From NCBI GenBank assembly GCA_002269645.1, contig NIVC01000740.1:1-64000 (forward strand): a stretch of 64,000 nt of DNA, in the 5' to 3' direction. The position numbers and the translations under genes are program-made. The notes beneath the pieces are model-generated. The model worked only from the letters and a program-made list of their open reading frames with translations. It ran no database searches and was not told the DNA's origin. The stretch comes from Macrostomum lignano (taxonomy: Eukaryota). Of the stretch, positions 46,988 to 59,800 are shown one piece after another. How positions within the stretch are numbered: the stretch's first letter is position 1; every line of letters begins with the position of its first letter.

Positions 46988-48057
46988 CAAACGGAAAAAG
47001 GAGAATATTATGAAAGCATCTTTTTAGCACTGCGTGCCCGGGTGAAACTTTTACAATTGGAAACATTTTCTGAGTTGGGTTAAATACCCTTTGTTGTTGG
47101 TAAATTGTGGCATAGAGTTCGAACTTTATAAGAAATATGCACGATTGCGTGTGGCACGGCTGTTTTGAGACTGAAGCAAAAAATAAAAATAACGAATTCA
47201 AATTTGTTTTGCAAGCAATATTTGTCTGATGGCTCTTGCACTGTTTCAGTTTCTTGCGTTTGTCGAAACACGTATGTAAGGAGTTTGTTGGAAACGTTTT
47301 AAAGAGTGACTGGCGTCAATATTGCACCGTATTCAGGTATTGATTAGGAGTAAGGGGAGCAAGAGGTACGGGAGAAACGCAATAAATGAGTCTAGGAATG
47401 CACTTTCTACTACTATGAGTAAAACAACTGAATACAAAGATGGCGCATGACAACATATTACGCATTTATTTTTTGCAAACAGTAAGAAAAGGCGCAATTG
47501 AATTGAATTATTGCAATTACAACAGCAGTATGCCCGCTCGTCAGCTGCTTACACAAACGGTTTTTTCAGGCACTATCAGTTTAATTGGCATTTCTGAAAA
47601 TATGCTGAAGCTCACAGTAACTCTCTTCACGATCTTGTAACAGATATCCCTCCTTGAGAGATGATAATTATCGTCAACTCGCAACGCAATTCATGATCGA
47701 TGAAAGCTTGCTAAAGTCAATCAAGCGCGTACTTAAGGGAAGTTGGAGCTGAGTCAATAGCCTTTGGATGCAAGACAGGTGCTGCAGACTCAGACAGCCC
47801 TGTCAATCGTATTACTCAAGCTGACAGCAGCAGACGAACAGGTGCAAGATTTTTTTATTCAAAATTCAATATTTATTGCGACAATCCGGCCCGATCTGTC
47901 GCCTTGTTGATTCTGCCGGAGCCCAGGTTCTCAAATTGACTTTATTTAGTCGCTTCTGGCGAGCGGCAAGCCAACCGAGCCCGGCCCCTGCGGTTCTGTG
48001 CTTGCCGGAGCTCTGAAATTATTGAAAGCTTGGAAGCTGGCTCGAACGAGCTACCGA

Positions 48058-48792
48058 ATGGCATCTGTTAACACTGCGTCGCTTCTGCTGCTGCTGTTGA
48101 GCTCACCCGGTGTGTCGTCAGGCCAAATGTTCCACGCCATGTCTGGCTTTCTCTGCATCCGGCCCGAGTTTACGAGAAACGAGCCTCGAGCCAGGTCGGA
48201 CATCGAGTGCTCGCTGCTCTGCACCATGAAGCCGCGCTGTCAGGCGTTCAGCCTGGCTGACGGTCCGTGCCAGCTGTTCGTGTTCGACAAGTGCAGCAAG
48301 TCGGTGAGGGACTGCGGCTGCTCCAGGAGAGGCCGGGTGTTTGTGAAGCAGCAGCTGGGACTCGAGCCGGGTGCGCTGTGTCCGTCCGACTTCGGAGACG
48401 ACCACTGCGGAGTGAAGTACAAGCTCTTTAATGCGACCAACACCTGGGCAGTGCAGAGACAGAGGTGCGAGTCGGAGAGCGGTCTGGTGATCATGGCGGA
48501 CGTGATCGACAGCGCCGAGCTGGCTGCCATCGGACAAGTTTACAACACGAAGGGTGGCGGCGTCGCTATGTGGGTCGGCGGCTTCCAGACTCCGGGCAGT
48601 GCGGAGCCCAACGGAGGCTGGCGCTGGGTGGCCTGCAACATCAGCATTGATGCCAGCCTGTGGGCCAGCGGAGAGCCCAATAACTTAGACGGCATCGAAG
48701 ATGTAGTTTACGCCCACATTGCCTTGGGAGACGCCGCTCAGATATACACCTCGAAAGACGGCCTGTGCGAGTGCCTGTCGCCCTTTGGCTGA
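48058..48792 (+). CDS. Secreted PAN/apple + C-type lectin domain protein (paralog 2, intronless)
   Basis: ATG at 48058 (MASVNTASLLLLLLSS signal peptide). Same architecture, with a central block nearly identical to paralog 1. Confidence 0.85.
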   Translation: MASVNTASLLLLLLSSPGVSSGQMFHAMSGFLCIRPEFTRNEPRARSDIECSLLCTMKPRCQAFSLADGPCQLFVFDKCSKSVRDCGCSRRGRVFVKQQLGLEPGALCPSDFGDDHCGVKYKLFNATNTWAVQRQRCESESGLVIMADVIDSAELAAIGQVYNTKGGGVAMWVGGFQTPGSAEPNGGWRWVACNISIDASLWASGEPNNLDGIEDVVYAHIALGDAAQIYTSKDGLCECLSPFG

Positions 48793-49199
48793 TATTTTCC
48801 AGGATTCGACAAAATTTCAAGTCTAATCTGAGCCATGAGTTAGTTTGATACTGTTGAAAAAGTCTAGTATAGAGAAAGTACTTTTCAAACTGTATTGAAA
48901 ATCTTTTTGACTCGTTTGTGAAAGAGTTTGAAAATAATCTAAATATAAAACAGAATCCGAACGCATTAAGATATTTTTAATGTCTTGTTTGATTTCATTT
49001 TAAATGCATTTATTAAGTGCGCTTTACTGACATGTAAGTGGCAACATTTACGAATATATTTTCAAAAATAGCTCGTAACATAAAGTCCATAGACTTTAAT
49101 TAAGACATCTCTAGATATGTTGCTACTAGTACTACACTTACATAAGTTTAGCTTTACATAACATCCAACTCAAGTTTTAGTGCTTATTTGCCAACCATC

Positions 49200-51236
49200 A
49201 TGGAGTCCAGAAGTCAGCCATCCACCTGCACGTCCAACACTGCAAACTCAGGCTCCACCCTGTACTCAATACCGGAGCAAGATCTGCAGGCCTGCCCGGA
49301 GACACCCGAACACCTGGCCGTGTGTCTAATTGGCGTCATTAGCCAGCGACTGCATCAGCTGGGCTTCCAACTGCCTGACAGTCTGCGGCTTGGACAGCAG
49401 AAGGCATGCAAAGCGGCGATGCTCACGTCAGGAGACGACGTGCTGCAGCTGTTCAAGTGAGGAGGCCCAACGGACGAGCGGTGCAGGGGGATCGTCCTCT
49501 GCTTGATGAGAAATGTCAAAACGACTCTATCATTGGGGCATTGGTGTTGTATGGACTGTGACATTGGGGCATTGGTGTTGTATGGACTGTGATATTGGGG
49601 CATTGGTGTTGTATGGACTGTGACATTGGGGCATTGGTGTTGTATGGACTGTGACATTGGGGCATTGGTGTTGTATGGACTGTGACATTGGGGCATTGGT
49701 GTTGTATGGACTGTGACATTGGGGCATTGGTGTTGTATGGACTGTGACATTGGGGCATTGGTGTTGTATGGACTGTGACATTGGGGCATTGGTGTTGTAT
49801 GGACTGTGACATTGGGGCATTGGTGTTGTATGGACTGTGACATTGGGGCATTGGTGTTGTATGGACTGTGACATTGGGGCATTGGTGTTGTATGGACTGT
49901 GACATTGGGACATTGGTGTTGTATGGACTGTGACATTGGGACATTGGTGTTGGATGGACTGTGACATTGGGGCATTGTTGTTGTATGGACTGTGACATTG
50001 GGGCATTGGTGTTGTATGGACTGTGACATTGGGACATTGGTGTTGTATGGACTGTGACATTGGGGCATTGGTGTTGTATGGACTGTGACATTGGGGCATT
50101 GGTGTTGTATGGACTGTGACATTGGGGCATTGGTGTTGTATGGACTGTGACATTGGGACATTGGTGTTGGATGGGGTCTGACATTGGTGTTAGATTAGAT
50201 AGCTTCGGACGATCTAAAATTTCGAGGTTATTCAGCTTCAAAGTTGCAAAAAGATTCCCTTTCGACAGAAGGAAATTTCGAGCTTACAAAATGCCCTCTC
50301 CCCGATTCACGCAGGCAGCTACTTGACGATTACGAGCGTCTGCGCGCCGAGCGCGACGACATGCGGGCCGCCGAGAGTTTGCAGCGCCACGAGATCGGCC
50401 GTCTGAGCCGCCAGGCCGCCAGCCTCCAGCAGCAGCTGCTGGCGAAGGACAAGAAGCTGGCCGACGTCGAGTACCGCCTTGAAGAGGCCGGCAAAAGTGC
50501 AGAAAATTTGCGCGCCGAGGCGCGACGCGAGGTGCAGAAAGCGCGCCTAGCAGCATCGGAGGGGCGCCGGCTGGCTGAGACAGCGCAGCACAGGGAGCGC
50601 CGGACGGAGTTGGAGCTGTGGGAGGCCAGGCAGCGGCTGGAACGAAACGGCCAGCCAGCGCTCTGGCGCTCCGGCCGGCTGCGTCACCGAGGCGGCGGCC
50701 TCCGCGGCGGCTCCCGCGGCGGCGGCGGCTTTCCGTCGTCGGCTTCGACAAGGAAAAAAGCGCCGCCGCCCGCTGCCAGCCACGCCGTGCCGGCAGGTTC
50801 TGACCTGTTCGAGACCATCGACCTGCGGATTCCGATGATGCCGCCCCAGAAGCAACAGACACAGCAGCAACAGCAAGATCAACAGCAACAATTATCTTTC
50901 TTGTCGCTGCTCTCCTCGGAGCCCCACGCGCCGCCGCTCGTGACGCCGCGGCCAGGCAGGAACCGCAGCCTGCCAGCGATGCGGCAGCAGGTCTGGTACC
51001 GGGTGCCGCCAGCAGAGTCGGCAGACCAGCAAGACGACATGTGCAGCGACCCGACATCAGCTGGCGACCTGTCTGCCGTCAGCCTGGCCGAGACCATCGA
51101 CGCGACCAGGATCTGCTGCCAAGAACGGCTGATTGACTCCGCTGACTCGGCGACAGTGGCCTCGTCCTCGTCTGGCTCGAGGACTCACGGGACTTCGTCA
51201 AGTTCGAATAGTGCAAGACGGTACCGCGGTCGCTAA
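49200..51236 (+). CDS. Coiled-coil protein with disordered C-terminus, 2 exons (weak resemblance to ADIP/SSX2IP family)
   Basis: Exons 49200-49456 and 50315-51236 joined by a phase-2 intron (FK|QLLDD). About 110 aa of heptad coiled coil. The family call rests only on recalled SQRLHQLGF/ERRTELELWEARQRL similarity. Confidence 0.65.
49530..50170. repeat. 31-bp minisatellite (cattggggcattggtgttgtatggactgtga)n
   Basis: About 20 copies in the intron. Confidence 0.95.
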
Positions 51237-51368
51237 GTTACTACGAGTACACAATATATGCAGGCAGCAGTACTCACATGGTTAATGGTCACGGACGGCA
51301 GGGGACTCCACGTGGTCCAAAATATTATCGATTTAACACCAGATTCACTACATGTCTATTGAACTTGC

Positions 51369-51952
51369 AGTTAGACAGAATCTTCTCCACCATATTAGAC
51401 AGAATCTTCTCCACCATATTAGACAGAATCTTCTCCACCATATTAGACAGAATCTTCTCCACCATATTAGACAGAATCTTCTCCACCATATTAGACAGAA
51501 TCTTCTCGACCATATTAGACAGAATCTTCTCCACCATATTAGACAGAATCTTCTCCACCATATTAGACAGAATCTTGTCCATCACATTAGACAGAATCTT
51601 TTTCATCACATTAGACAGAATATTGTCCATCATATTAGACAGAATCTTTTTCATCACATTAGACAGAATATTGTCCATCATATTAGACAGAATCCTCTCC
51701 ATCACATTAGACAGAATCCTGACCATCATATTAGACAATCTTGTCCATCAAATTAGGCAGAATCTTCTCCATCACATTAGACAGAATCTTGTCCATCACA
51801 TTAGACAGAATACTGTCCATCATATTAGACAGAATCTTGTCCATCATATTAGACAGAATCTTGTCCATCACATTAGACAGAATATTGTCCATCACATTAG
51901 ACAGAATATTGTCCATCACATTAGACAGAATCTTGTCCATCACATTAGACAG
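51369..51952. repeat. 24-bp minisatellite (ttagacagaatcttctccaccata)n
   Basis: About 24 copies. Confidence 0.95.
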
Positions 51953-52439
51953 ATCTCATTAAAAAACGAAATTCAATGTTTCAATATTTATATCTGTTAG
52001 ACATTGTACAAAGTACATTTATCTCAAAATATATATTTATGGGGATTATTAAATAATTTAATTAAATTAACGACAAACAGCATCGAAATTACATTTAAGT
52101 TAACCAAGCATTGTTGCAATGAGAGCTTCTGTTTGGTCGCAGAAGTAAAAGTTAATAATAATAACTACCACGAGAGAACAGAGTGAATGATGATGGGAAT
52201 ACGATTTGATCATGAGATAATGCAGACTCAATAGCATTTGATGACACAGGCACACAGAAAGTCAAGCTTGTTGTTTACGAAAAGTTAAGAAATCTTAATT
52301 GATGTTAATTATGAAATCGTAAGCATCACATGAACTGATGAGGCGCGACTGACTAATCGTAACCTTTTATTCGATATCTAGTTACTAAAAAAATTAATCC
52401 ATAAATCCCTAAGTCTGACTAATATCAATCACGAAAATC

Positions 52440-53745
52440 CAAAATCGAAATAATCCCAACCTGAGTCCATGAAAATCCCAAATCAAAATCATCCCAACCT
52501 AAATCCGTGAAAATCCCAAATCAAAATAATCCCAACCTGAGTCCATGAAAATCCCAAATCAAAATAATCCCAACCTAAATCCACAAAAATCCCAAATCAA
52601 GATAATCCAAACCTAAATCCATAAAAATCCCAAATCAAGATAATCCCAACCTAAATCCATAAAAATCCCAAATCAAGATAATCCGAACCTAAATCCGTGA
52701 AAATCCCAAATCAAGATAATCCCAACCTAAATCCATAAAAATCCCAAATCAAGATAATCCGAACCTAAATCCATAAAAATCCCAAATCAAGATAATCCCA
52801 ACCTAAATCCATAAAAATCCCAAATCAAGATAATCCCAACCTAAATCCATAAAAATCCCAAATCAAGATAATTCCAATCTAAATTCATAAAAACCCCAAA
52901 TCAAGATAATCCCAACCTAAATCCATAAAAATCCCAAATCAAGATAATCCCAACCTAAATCCATAAAAATCCCAAATCAAGATAATTCCAATCTAAATTC
53001 ATAAAAACCCCAAATCAAGATAATTCCAATCTAAATTCATAAAAACCCCAAATCAAGATAATCCCAACCTAAATCCATGAAAATCCCAAATCTAGATAAT
53101 CCCAACCTAAATCCATAAAAATCCCAAATCAAGATAATCCGAACCTAAATCCATAAAATCCCAAATCAAGATAATCCCAACCTAAATCCATAAAAATCCC
53201 AAATCAAGATAATTCCAATCTAAATTCATAAAAACCCCAAATCAAGATAATCCCAACCTAAATCCATGAAAATCCCAAATCAAGATAATACCAACCCAAA
53301 TCTATGAAAATTCTAAATCAAGATAATCCCAACCCAAATCTATGAAAATTTCAAATCAAGATAATCCCAACTCAAATCCTTGAATATCCCAAATCAAGAT
53401 AACCCCAACCTAAATCCATGAAAATCCCAAATCAAGATAATCCCAACCTAAATCCATAAAAATCCCAAATCAAGATAATCCCAACCCAAATCCATGAAAA
53501 TCCCAAATCAAGATAATCCCAACCCAAATCTATGAAAATTCTAAATCAAGATAATCCCAACCCAAATCTATGAAAATTTCAAATCAAGATAATCCAAACT
53601 CAAATCCTTGAATATCCCAAATCAAGATAACCCCAACCTAAATCCATGAAAATCCCAAATCAAGATAATCCCAACCTAAATCCATAAAAATCCCAAATCA
53701 AGATAATCCCAACCCAAATCTATGAAAATCCCAAATCTAGATAAT
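52440..53745. repeat. ~38-bp minisatellite (aaaatcccaaatcaagataatcccaacctaaatccata)n
   Basis: About 34 copies ending about 55 nt downstream of the SOCS-box gene stop. Confidence 0.95.
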
Positions 53746-53800
53746 TCAGCCCATTTTGCTAATTCCAATTGGCCGCCCCTAGCAACTGGGCGCCAGGTGC

Positions 53801-56800
53801 TCAAGCGTCCCAGGGCTGGAAGAACAGCATATAGTTAACCAGCTGGTAGGGCAGCGGCAGGGAGCGCACCGCCTGCTGGTAGGGCACAGCCTCTTTAGCA
53901 GTCTCCATCAGCCGCCGGTGCAGCCGCAGCCGGCACAGCTGTCTCAGACTCCTCGGCCGCTGGCCAAGCGCTTGAATCTCGCTCAGCCTCAGAAAGCGCG
54001 GATCCTCCCGTTTCATTTTGGCCACAAAGTCGGACACAATCCGGTCGGCCAGAGGCTGCTGGGTGCAGTGGAACAGCAGGGTGAGCAGGCGCCACGCGTG
54101 CGGACCGTGCAACAGCCGGCAGCCAGACTCTCTGCACTGATGCAGGAACAGATTGAGAGGCTGGGTGCTGCAGCTGCGCAGGTAAATTGAGCTCTGCGAG
54201 TGCACAATGGTTGGCTCGGCTGAGTACGGCTCCAGGTTGGGGTCAGCGCCGGCCTGGATGAGGGTGAGCACCCACTTGCTGATGTACCTCACGTCCGTGA
54301 TGTCGTCAACCACCTGGAGGGCAATACATTTGTGTCACAGTGTGCATTTAAACTTGTCATTCTATTCACAAAAACTGTTCAAACAAGCTTATAATAACCA
54401 TCCACCGGCATTACATACCAATCCAAATCCCTAGTTAACCATTCACACATCCCCAGTTACCCATTCACACATCCCCACTTACCCATTCAGACATACACCA
54501 GTTACCCATTCACACATACACCAGTTACCCGTTCACACATACACCAGTTAACAATTCACACAGACACCGGCTACCCATCCACACATACACCAGTTACCCA
54601 TTCACACATACACCAGTTACCCATTCACACATACACCAGTTAACAATTCACACATACATAAGTTACCCATTCACACATACACCGGCTAACCATTCACACA
54701 TACAACAGTTACCAATTCACACAGACACCGGCTACCCATTCACACATACACCAGTTACCCATTCACACATACATAAGTTACCCATTCACACATACATAAG
54801 TTACCCATTCACACATACACCGGCTAACCATTCACACATACAACAGTTCCCCACTCACACATACATAAGTTACCAATTCACACAGACACCGGCTAACCAT
54901 TCACACATACACCAGTTACCCATTCACACATACATAAGTTACCCATTCACACATACACCGGCTAACCATTCACACATACAACAGTTCCCCACTCACACAC
55001 ACAACAGTTACCAATTCACACAGACACCGGCTAACCATTCACACATACAACAGTTCCCCACTCACACACACAACAGTTACCAATTCACACAGACACCGGC
55101 TAACCATTCACACATACGCAGTTACCCATTCACACAGCCGAAGTTAGTTACCCATTCACACATCCGCAGTTACCCATTCACACATCCGCAGTTACCCATT
55201 CACACAGCCGAAGTTAGTTACCCATTCACACAGCCGCAGTTACCCATTCACACATCCGCAGTTACCCATTCACACACACAACAGTTATCCATTCACACAT
55301 ACTCGTACAGCAGTTAACCATTCACACATCCGCAGTTACCCATTCACACATCCGCAGTTACCCATTCACACAGCCGAAGTTAGTTACCCATTCACACAGC
55401 CGCAGTTATCCATTCACACAGCCGAAGTTAGTTACCCATTCACAAATCCGCAGTTACCCATTCACAAATCCGCAGTTACCCATTCACACATCCGCAGTTA
55501 CCCATTCACACATGCAACAGTTACCAATTCACACATCCACAGTTACCCATTCACACATCCGCAGTTACCCATTCACACATACAGCAGTTAACCATTCACA
55601 CATCCGCAGTTACCTATTCACACAGCCGAAGTTAGTTACCCATTCACACATCCGCAGTTACCTATTCACACAGCCGAAGTTAGTTACCCATTCACACATC
55701 CTCAGTTACCCATTCACACATCCGCAGTTACCCATTCACACAGCCGCAGCTACCCATTCACACATCCGCAGTTACCCATTCACACAGCCGAAGTTACCCA
55801 TTCACACAGCCGAAGTTAGTTACCCATTCACACATCCGCAGTTACCCATTCACACAGCCGAAGTTACCCATTCACACAGCCGAAGTTAGTTACCCATTCA
55901 CACAGCCGCAGTTACCCATTCACACATCCGCAGTTACCCATTCACACAGCCGAAGTTACCCATTCACACAGCCGAAGTTAGTTACCCATTCACACAGCCG
56001 CAGTTACCCATTCACACATCCGCAGTTACCCATTCACACAGCCGAAGTTACCCATTCACACAGCCGAAGTTAGTTACCCATTCACACAGCCGCAGTTACC
56101 CATTCACACATCCGCAGTTACCCATTCACACAGCCGAAGTTACCCATTCACACAGCCGAAGTTAGTTACCCATTCACACAGCCGAAGTTAGTTACCCATT
56201 CACACAGCCGAAGTTACCCATTCACACATCCGCAGTTACCCATTCACACATCCGCAGTTACCCATTCACACAGCCGCAGTTACCCATTCACACAGCCGCA
56301 GTTACCCATTCACACAGCCGCAGTTACCCATTCACACATCCGCAGTTACCCATTCACACAGCCGAAGTTAGTTACCCATTCACACAGCCGAAGTTAGTTA
56401 CCCATTCACACAGCCGAAGTTACCCATTCACACATCCGCAGTTACCCATTCACACAGCACGCACCCTAGCCAGCGACAGGAACTCGGACAGGGCGTGGCC
56501 GCGGCCGCCGTGCATGAACGGCAGGCTGCCAGTCCGTCGGCTCCGTTCGTTCAATCGGAGCCCGTGCGACAGCAGCAGCCGCAGGGTTTCATCCAGGAAC
56601 TGCACGTTAAGCCGTTTGGCCTCGTCGTTGTGAACCAGGGGCCCGATGCCGACTGGGGTGCCCATGTTCAGAATGTTCTCGGCCAAGGCGGCCACCAGGG
56701 ACGTGCAGTTGCCCTGTCAGAATGGTGAAGCAATGCCAATGGGAGTCATCTCATCGTTAGCATATTTTGAACCCGAAACCCAAAAATCCTAGACATTCCC

Positions 56801-59800
56801 AGATCCCAAAAATCCTAGACATTCCCAGATCCCCAAAAATCCTAGACATTCCCAGATCCCAAAAATCCTAGACATTCCCAGATCCCTAAAATCCTAGACA
56901 TTCCCAGATCCCAAAAATCCTAGACATTCCCAGATCCCAAAAATACTAGACATTTCCAGATACCAAAAATCTTAGACATTCCCAGATCCCTAAAATCCTA
57001 GACATTCCCAGATCCCTAAAATCCTGGACATTCCCAGATCCCAAAAATCCTAGACATTCCCAGATCCCAAAAATCCTAGACATTCCCAGATCCCTAAAAT
57101 CCTAGACATTCCCAGATCCCAAAAATCCTAGACATTCCCAGATCCCCAAAAATCCTAGACATTCCCAGATCCCAAAAATCCTAGACATTCCCAGATCCCT
57201 AAAATCCTAGACATTCCCAGATCCTAAAAATCCTAGACATTCCCAGATCCCCAAAAATCCTAGACATTCCCAGATCCCCAAAATCCTAGACATTCCCAGA
57301 TCCCAAAAATCCTAGACATTCCCAGATCCCAAAAATCCTAGACATTCCCAGATCCCAAAAATCCTAGACATTCCCAGATCCCTAAAATCCTAGACATTCC
57401 CAGATCCCTAAAATCCTAGACACTCTTAGATCCTCAAAATCCTAGATACTCTTAGATCCCTAAAATCCTAGACATTCCCAGATCCCTAAAATCCTAGACA
57501 CTCTTAGATCCTCAAAATCCTAGATACTCTTAGATCCCTAAAATCCTAGACATTCCCAGATCCTAAAAATCCTAGACATTCCCAGATCCCAAAAATCCTA
57601 GACATTCCCAGATCCCTAAAATCCTAGACACTCTTAGATCCCTAAAATCCTAGATACTCTTAGATCCCTAAAATCCTAGACATTCCCAGATCCTAAAAAT
57701 CCTAGACATTCCCAGATCCCCAAAATCCTAGACATTCCCAGATCCCTAAAATCCTAGACATTCCCAGATCCTAAAAATTCTAGACATTCCCAGATCCCAA
57801 AAATCCTAGACATTCCCAGATCCCTAAAATCCTAGATACTCTTAGATCCCTAAAATCCTAGACATTCCCAGATCCCAAAAATCCTAGACATTCCCAGATC
57901 CCAAAAATCCTAGACATTCCCAGATCCTCAAAATCCTAGACATTCCCAGATCCCTAAAATCCTAGACATTCCCAGATCCCTAAAATCCTAGACATTCCCA
58001 GATCCCCAAAATCCTACACACTCTTAGATCCCTAAAATCCTAGATACTCTTAGATCCCTAAAATCCTAGACATTCCCAGATCCCCAAAATCCTAGACATT
58101 CCCAGATCCCAAAAATCCTAGACATTCCCAGATCCTAAAAATCCTAGACATTCCCAGATCCCAAAAATCCTAGACATTCCCAGATCCTAAAAATCCTAGA
58201 CATTCCCAGATCCCTAAAATCCTAGACATTCCCAGATCCCAAAAATCCTAGACATTCCCAGATCCTAAAAATCCTAGACATTCCCAGATCCCTAAAATCC
58301 TAGACATTCCCAGATCCTAAAAATCCTAGACATTCCCAGATCCCAAAAATCCTAGACATTCCCAGATCCCCAAAAATCCTAGACATTCCCAGATCCCTAA
58401 AATCCTAGACATTCCCAGATCCCTAAAATCCTAGACATTCCCAGATCCTAAAAATCCTAGACATTCCCAGATCCCCAAAAATCCTAGACATTCCCAGATC
58501 CCCAAAATCCTAGACATTCCCAGATCCCAAAAATCCTAGACATTCCCAGATCCCAAAAATCCTAGACATTCCCAGATCCCCAAAATCCTAGACATTCCCA
58601 GATCCCTAAAATCCTAGACATTCCCAGATCCCTAAAATCCTAGACATTCCCAGATCCCCAAAATCCTACACACTCTTAGATCCCTAAAATCCTAGATACT
58701 CTTAGATCCCTAAAATCCTAGACATTCCCAGATCCCCAAAATCCTAGACATTCCCAGATCCCAAAAATCCTAGACATTCCCAGATCCTAAAAATCCTAGA
58801 CATTCCCAGATCCCAAAAATCCTAGACATTCCCAGATCCTAAAAATCCTAGACATTCCCAGATCCCTAAAATCCTAGACATTCCCAGATCCCAAAAATCC
58901 TAGACATTCCCAGATCCTAAAAATCCTAGACATTCCCAGATCCCTAAAATCCTAGACATTCCCAGATCCTAAAAATCCTAGACATTCCCAGATCCTAAAA
59001 ATCCTAGACATTCCCAGATCCTAAAAATCCTAGACATTCCCAGATCCCAAAATTCTAGACATTCCCAGATCCCTAAAATCCTAGACATTCCCAGATCCTA
59101 AAAATCCTAGACATTCCCAGATCCCAAAAATCCTAGACATTCCCAGATCCCTAAAATCTTAGACATTCCCAGATCCCTAAAATCCTAGACACTCTTAGAT
59201 CCTCAAAATCCTAGATACTCTTAGATCCCTAAAATCCTAGACATTCCCAGATCCTAAAAATCCTAGACATTCCCAGATCCCAAAAATCCTAGACATTCCC
59301 AGATCCCTAAAATCCTAGACATTCCCAGATCCCAAAAATCCTAGACATTCCCAGATCCCTAAAATCCTAGACATTCCCAGATCCCTAAAATCCTAGACAC
59401 TCTTAGATCCTCAAAATCCTAGATACTCTTAGATCCCTAAAATCCTAGACATTCCCAGATCCCTAAAATCCTAGACATTCCCAGATCCCAAAAATCCTAG
59501 ACATTCCCAGATCCCTAAAATCCTAGACATTCCCAGATCCCTAAAATCCTAGACACTCTTAGATCCTCAAAATCCTAGATACTCTTAGATCCCTAAAATC
59601 CTAGACATTCCCAGATCCCTAAAATCCTAGACACTCTTAGATCCTCAAAATCCTAGATACTCTTAGATCCCTAAAATCCTAGACATTCCCAGATCCTAAA
59701 AATCCTAGACATTCCCAGATCCCAAAAATCCTAGACATTCCCAGATCCCTAAAATCCTAGACACTCTTAGATCCCTAAAATCCTAGATACTCTTAGATCC

